In this document: one piece after another, positions 26,652 to 30,295 of the stretch
How positions within the stretch are numbered: the stretch's first letter is position 1
How the letters are laid out: every line of letters begins with the position of its first letter
Origin: Bacteroidota bacterium
GTDB lineage: Bacteria > Bacteroidota > Bacteroidia > AKYH767-A > 2013-40CM-41-45
DNA length: 30,295 bases
NCBI GenBank assembly: GCA_046090385.1
Contig: JBJSZR010000602.1
Location: forward strand, 1-30,295
Reading direction: 5' to 3'
Translations under genes and position numbers: made by a program
The notes under the pieces: generated by a model
The model's input: only the letters and a program-made list of their open reading frames with translations
Databases searched by the model: none
What the model was told of the DNA's origin: nothing

Positions 26652-27425
26652 TCATTTCAAGGAGACTTCATCTCCATATCGAATGTACTTGCCCTCCTGA
26701 CCAGAATTTATAACCAGCGTAGTGGCCAGATGATATCCATGCGGATATGAATCCAATGAAGACCATGATGGCAGATATTCTCGTCTAAGTTGTTCGAATC
26801 GTTTTTGAAACCCTATGTCCGGTTCTCCTGTGTAAGGATCGCGGGCTGGCACAGGGCATCTGGGACAAGGCTTCTTCCCTGCCGCTTTTACCTCTCCAAT
26901 CATGCAGGCTACCGGTTGCTTCCCCGGTAGAAAGAGAGTATCCTCCCAGAATGCAGGTACTCCGTTTATTTCAATATTCGCTCTGAAGCGAAGTCGTGCT
27001 TCTTCCATATCCTTCCAACCGAACCACTTGCACACTTGCAGTAAAGTTGCAGTGGACACTATGGTCATATGGCTGCCTGTTGGATCATCAAGCAAAGCTC
27101 CGCTGTTGTCCTCTTTGATCTTGATACGGTAGCCGATCATATCAGAAAGAATTGTTTCCAAATCCGAGCGGTCTGATTGGAGATCGAACCATTTTCCTTC
27201 ATCCAAGCGTAATCGATCTGAAGTAATATCATAGCGACTTCGGATTTTCTGCAAACGTGGCTCCCGCTTACCGTTCACTAAACCTCCGTATTGATCGAAC
27301 AATGCAAAGCGCCTGTCGCCAAAAAGATTGCCTCCTACTCCAATTTGTGCTGATTGAACTTCAACCGGATCAAGTGACTTTATGGGGTAAAGTCGAATGG
27401 AGACGATAGTATGAGCAGCAATCAT
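26652..27425 (-). CDS. MOSC N-terminal beta-barrel + MOSC domain protein
   Basis: IRLYPIKSL, DRRFAL, RFRANIEI and PCPRC motifs. Confidence 0.88.
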   Translation of the reverse strand: MIAAHTIVSIRLYPIKSLDPVEVQSAQIGVGGNLFGDRRFALFDQYGGLVNGKREPRLQKIRSRYDITSDRLRLDEGKWFDLQSDRSDLETILSDMIGYRIKIKEDNSGALLDDPTGSHMTIVSTATLLQVCKWFGWKDMEEARLRFRANIEINGVPAFWEDTLFLPGKQPVACMIGEVKAAGKKPCPRCPVPARDPYTGEPDIGFQKRFEQLRREYLPSWSSLDSYPHGYHLATTLVINSGQEGKYIRYGDEVSLK

Positions 27426-27431
27426 AGTGAC

Positions 27432-27483
27432 AAAAAATAAAACAGAGTCCCGACCTGAAATACTCAGACCGGGAATTTCTGTT
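27432..27483 (-). terminator. Intrinsic terminator of the large T9SS adhesin-like gene
   Basis: Minus-strand stem UCCCGGUCUGA / UCAGGUCGGGA (11 bp with two G-U pairs that form only on this strand), an outer AACAGA/UCUGUU stem, then UUUUAUUUUUU. Confidence 0.78.
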
Positions 27484-27495
27484 GATCAATGATGT

Positions 27496-30295
27496 TCATC
27501 TACGGTCGATAAGCAAGGACTTCTGTGCGCCCTCACCGATCACTTGCAGGACATACAAGCCAGCAGAAGCGAGAGAGAGATCGAACTCCGTTTCTGCATT
27601 TCCCTCAAGAGCGATAGAAAGCGACTTCTCGTCAACCAGCTTGCCATTCAGATCGAATAATCGAACCGATAACAATCCGGGCTTGGCTTTTTCGATACGA
27701 ACATGTAAAAGGTTTTCGGTAGGGTTCGGAAATGCCTGAAGGGTGAATTCTTCTGCGACAACAAGTGGAAGTTCTTCTGACTGACGCAAGACGGTTGTCG
27801 ATGAAGTGACAGCGATGCCTGTAGAATTCGCATTGGAAGTGTTAAGAAGATTATTCGCGGTCGCACTCAAGGTTGTAGTGCCGGTAAAAAGCGCTGAAAG
27901 CGAATATGTATATGAGCGATCAACACCATTATCGACCACACGAACCAAACCGTTATCAAGCACGGCGCCTGTCAAGGCGCCCATGGTAGCACCCGTATTG
28001 GTCCGCATGGCACGTGACACCACAGCAGTTCCTCCAGCCTTGGGATAACGGTAAAATGTCTTTGAATTGCTATTGTCCAAAACATAGAGAAATCCTTGAC
28101 TTTGGAAAAGACTCTCCCCTGCAGAATTCTTGCTGTTCAATGTGATCTTTAGCGAGGCACTCAAGGTGCCTGTCCCTGAAAACGCAGCCGACAAGGAATA
28201 CCGATAAACTGCTTTACCGGTCTTATCAAGCACCCACAAAGTATCGCCACTGATAGCCAAACCGGTCGGCGTCCCGATGGCAGTGCCGGTATTGGTATTG
28301 AGCGTTCTTGAAACGGCAGCAACTGTTCCGGTCGCACTGCTTCGGTAAATACGCTTATTGGTCTGATCAAGTACGTAAGCGAGACTGGAAACGATTGCCA
28401 CATCGGAGGCGTTAGTCACGCCGTTGACAATTGATGTAGAAAGCACATTCGACACGATGAAATTCATCAATGAGTCATAGTAGTAAGCGCGGTTCTGTGT
28501 GATGTCGACCACTACATACTTGGAGACCACATTGTTCACCGTCATGATGATATTATTGGAATTGGCTGTTGCGACAGCTGTACAATTCGCATTGCTGGTG
28601 AGGATACAACTTATCACATCGCCATTCACCCAATTGCTGTTGGAATAGGTAGCGGAATTGGTGCCAACGTTGGCTCCATTCCTTCTCCACTGGTAAATCG
28701 GTGATGAGCCCCCGTTCGTAACGGAAGCAGTGAACGTAACAGCTGTTGAAGGTGTGACTGCACCCGCTGGATTCGCTGAAATGGAAATGACAGGTGTCAC
28801 AACAGGACTGACAGTGACAACCGTATTGGAGGATACCGCCGTGCAACCATCGGCGTTGGTAGCAGTTACATTGTAGGTCCCCGACGAAGAAACAGAAATG
28901 GACGCAGTGGTCGCTCCATTGTTCCACTGATAGGTTGAAGCACCTGAAGCAGAAAGTGTCACACTTCCTCCATTACAGAACGTAGTAGGTCCGGATGCAC
29001 TCACTGAAACGGAAAATACCGCAGGTTGTGTGACGGATATCGAGGTGACTGAAGTACAGCCCCGACTGTCGCTTACCGTATAGTTATAACTACCAGCACT
29101 AACGGTGAAAGCGCCAGTTCCGGTGTAAGGTGCAGTACCACCGGATGCGGATACTGAAACTGTTGAAGTGCCGCCATTGCAATTGATAACTGTAGCTGTT
29201 GATGCGGCAACAAGTACCGTCGGCTGAGTGACGACTACAGATGCTGTCGAAGTACAACCGTTGGCATCAGAGACCTGATAGCTGTAGCTACCTGCAGGTA
29301 CGGTGAACGTACCTGTACCGTTATATGGGGTCACCCCTCCTGTTGCCGAGACCGTCACGTTAGTCGTACCTCCTGAACATGCGATGATTCCAGAAGTGGC
29401 TATGGCTTGCAGTTTGGCTGGTTGCGTCACGTTGACAGATGCGCCGGAAACACATCCGTTTGCATCTGACACTTGATAACTGTATGATCCGGAAGAAACG
29501 GAAAAAGCACCCGTTCCACTGTAAGGCGAAGTTCCTCCCGTAGCCGAAACAGTCACCATAGCTGCTCCTCCATTGCAAAGTACAGGGGAAGTGACAATAG
29601 CGGTTGCACTGAGAGCCAACGGCTGGTAGATCGTGAACGTTTGCGAACCGGAACAACCGTTGCCGTCGAAAACCGAAGCAGTATAATTTCCGGCACTCAG
29701 TCCGGAAAATATACCGGTAGAATTGGATGAACCGCCAGGTACAATTGAATACGTGTAAAAACCATCGCCTCCTGTCGCCTCCAACGTAACTGCTCCATCC
29801 GAGAAGCCATTGCATGAATTATCTGTCGTGTGTACGACCGACAGGTTTAATGAACAACTGGGAGCAGATACGGATGCGGATCCGGTATTCGAACAACCGT
29901 TCGCATCCGTGACCGTCACGACATAATTTCCTGCCGGCAGGTTCAACGCTGTTGAAGTGGTCTGAACCGGACTTGTATTCCATGAAAAGAAGTAAGGGGC
30001 TGTTCCGCCATTTACTGTAGCAGTAGCTGTACCATCAGCCGCAGTGGGTGCAGAGGTACTGGTCGTGCTGGTCGTGATAGCAGGAGATGCTGTGACGGTT
30101 ACAATCACCGTGTCTTTTTGACTGACACCTGAAGGAGAATAAGTGGCCGTCAACACATAAGTTGTCGTAGAGGCAGGACTGGCGATTGGATTTGAAACCG
30201 ATGCACTGTTGAGTCCTGTTGCAGGTGACCATGAATAATTAAATCCGCTGACTGGTGCGGAGCCGATTGTAGCACCCGTACCAAGACAAACGACC
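27496..30295 (-). CDS. Large secreted SprB-repeat/Ig-like protein with a beta-propeller-like domain and T9SS type-A CTD (5' end outside the window)
   Basis: The frame stays open from the ORF-track GTG at 30156 to the window edge (…VVCLGTGATIG…YSWSPATGLNSASVSNPIASP…). It contains SprB-type repeats (GGTAPY…LPAGNYVVTVTDANGC), Ig-like modules and the CTD AFPNPT...ASAGLYVLQV. Confidence 0.9.
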   Translation of the reverse strand, partial: VVCLGTGATIGSAPVSGFNYSWSPATGLNSASVSNPIASPASTTTYVLTATYSPSGVSQKDTVIVTVTASPAITTSTTSTSAPTAADGTATATVNGGTAPYFFSWNTSPVQTTSTALNLPAGNYVVTVTDANGCSNTGSASVSAPSCSLNLSVVHTTDNSCNGFSDGAVTLEATGGDGFYTYSIVPGGSSNSTGIFSGLSAGNYTASVFDGNGCSGSQTFTIYQPLALSATAIVTSPVLCNGGAAMVTVSATGGTSPYSGTGAFSVSSGSYSYQVSDANGCVSGASVNVTQPAKLQAIATSGIIACSGGTTNVTVSATGGVTPYNGTGTFTVPAGSYSYQVSDANGCTSTASVVVTQPTVLVAASTATVINCNGGTSTVSVSASGGTAPYTGTGAFTVSAGSYNYTVSDSRGCTSVTSISVTQPAVFSVSVSASGPTTFCNGGSVTLSASGASTYQWNNGATTASISVSSSGTYNVTATNADGCTAVSSNTVVTVSPVVTPVISISANPAGAVTPSTAVTFTASVTNGGSSPIYQWRRNGANVGTNSATYSNSNWVNGDVISCILTSNANCTAVATANSNNIIMTVNNVVSKYVVVDITQNRAYYYDSLMNFIVSNVLSTSIVNGVTNASDVAIVSSLAYVLDQTNKRIYRSSATGTVAAVSRTLNTNTGTAIGTPTGLAISGDTLWVLDKTGKAVYRYSLSAAFSGTGTLSASLKITLNSKNSAGESLFQSQGFLYVLDNSNSKTFYRYPKAGGTAVVSRAMRTNTGATMGALTGAVLDNGLVRVVDNGVDRSYTYSLSALFTGTTTLSATANNLLNTSNANSTGIAVTSSTTVLRQSEELPLVVAEEFTLQAFPNPTENLLHVRIEKAKPGLLSVRLFDLNGKLVDEKSLSIALEGNAETEFDLSLASAGLYVLQVIGEGAQKSLLIDRR
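27802..28383 (-). repeat. Tandem 97-aa (291-nt) internal duplication in the propeller-like domain
   Basis: LAYVLDQTNKRIYR..VSRTLNTNTG...YSLSAAFSGTGTLSA..LNSKN versus FLYVLDNSNSKTFYR..VSRAMRTNTG...YSLSALFTGTTTLSA..LNTSN. Confidence 0.8.
29023..29619 (-). repeat. Three tandem 66-67-aa shortened SprB-like repeats
   Basis: Consensus C(N/S)GG...V(T/S)VSA(T/S)GG..PY.GTG.F.V..GSY.Y.VSD..GC.....V.(V/I)TQP at 29419-29619, 29221-29418 and 29023-29220. Confidence 0.88.

Noticed and set aside
26623-26655. Possible terminator between the convergent M43 and MOSC genes
   Set aside because: The stem (GCC/GGC with bulges) is too weak to call.
1-30295. tRNA, rRNA, IS/transposase, integrase, prophage, CRISPR or anti-phage defence genes
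   Set aside because: I saw no cloverleaf/T-loop motifs, rRNA signatures, DDE or tyrosine-recombinase motifs, terminal inverted repeats or repeat-spacer arrays.

Overview
A 30.3-kb chromosomal segment of a Bacteroidota bacterium. The assignment rests on TAnnTTTG promoter boxes, A-rich translation starts without Shine-Dalgarno motifs, T9SS C-terminal sorting domains and Gln at +1 after signal peptides. It holds about 27 intact CDSs. Core genes are mce (partial), aspS, tadA, a plsC-like gene, yceD-rpmF-plsX-fabH-accB-accC and dxs. The rest are a PAS histidine kinase, a single-domain response regulator, an Ala-Glu-type dipeptide epimerase, a bacilliredoxin, an LtaS-like sulfatase-family protein, a SET-domain protein, a GH97, a lipoprotein, an M43 protease, a MOSC protein and five T9SS cargo genes. 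I saw no mobile element, CRISPR array, tRNA or rRNA. Two features are missing from the ORF track. One is a 24-codon Lys/Ala-rich micropeptide gene (MAKAKKAAKKKVAKKAKKAAKKKK, 2762-2836) with its own promoter box and a strong terminator. The other is a ~125-nt structured RNA between the SET gene and dxs that resembles Bacteroidota 6S RNA. Several ORF-track starts were moved downstream to fit family N-termini and promoter positions. All family assignments come from motif recognition by eye; no database searches were run.
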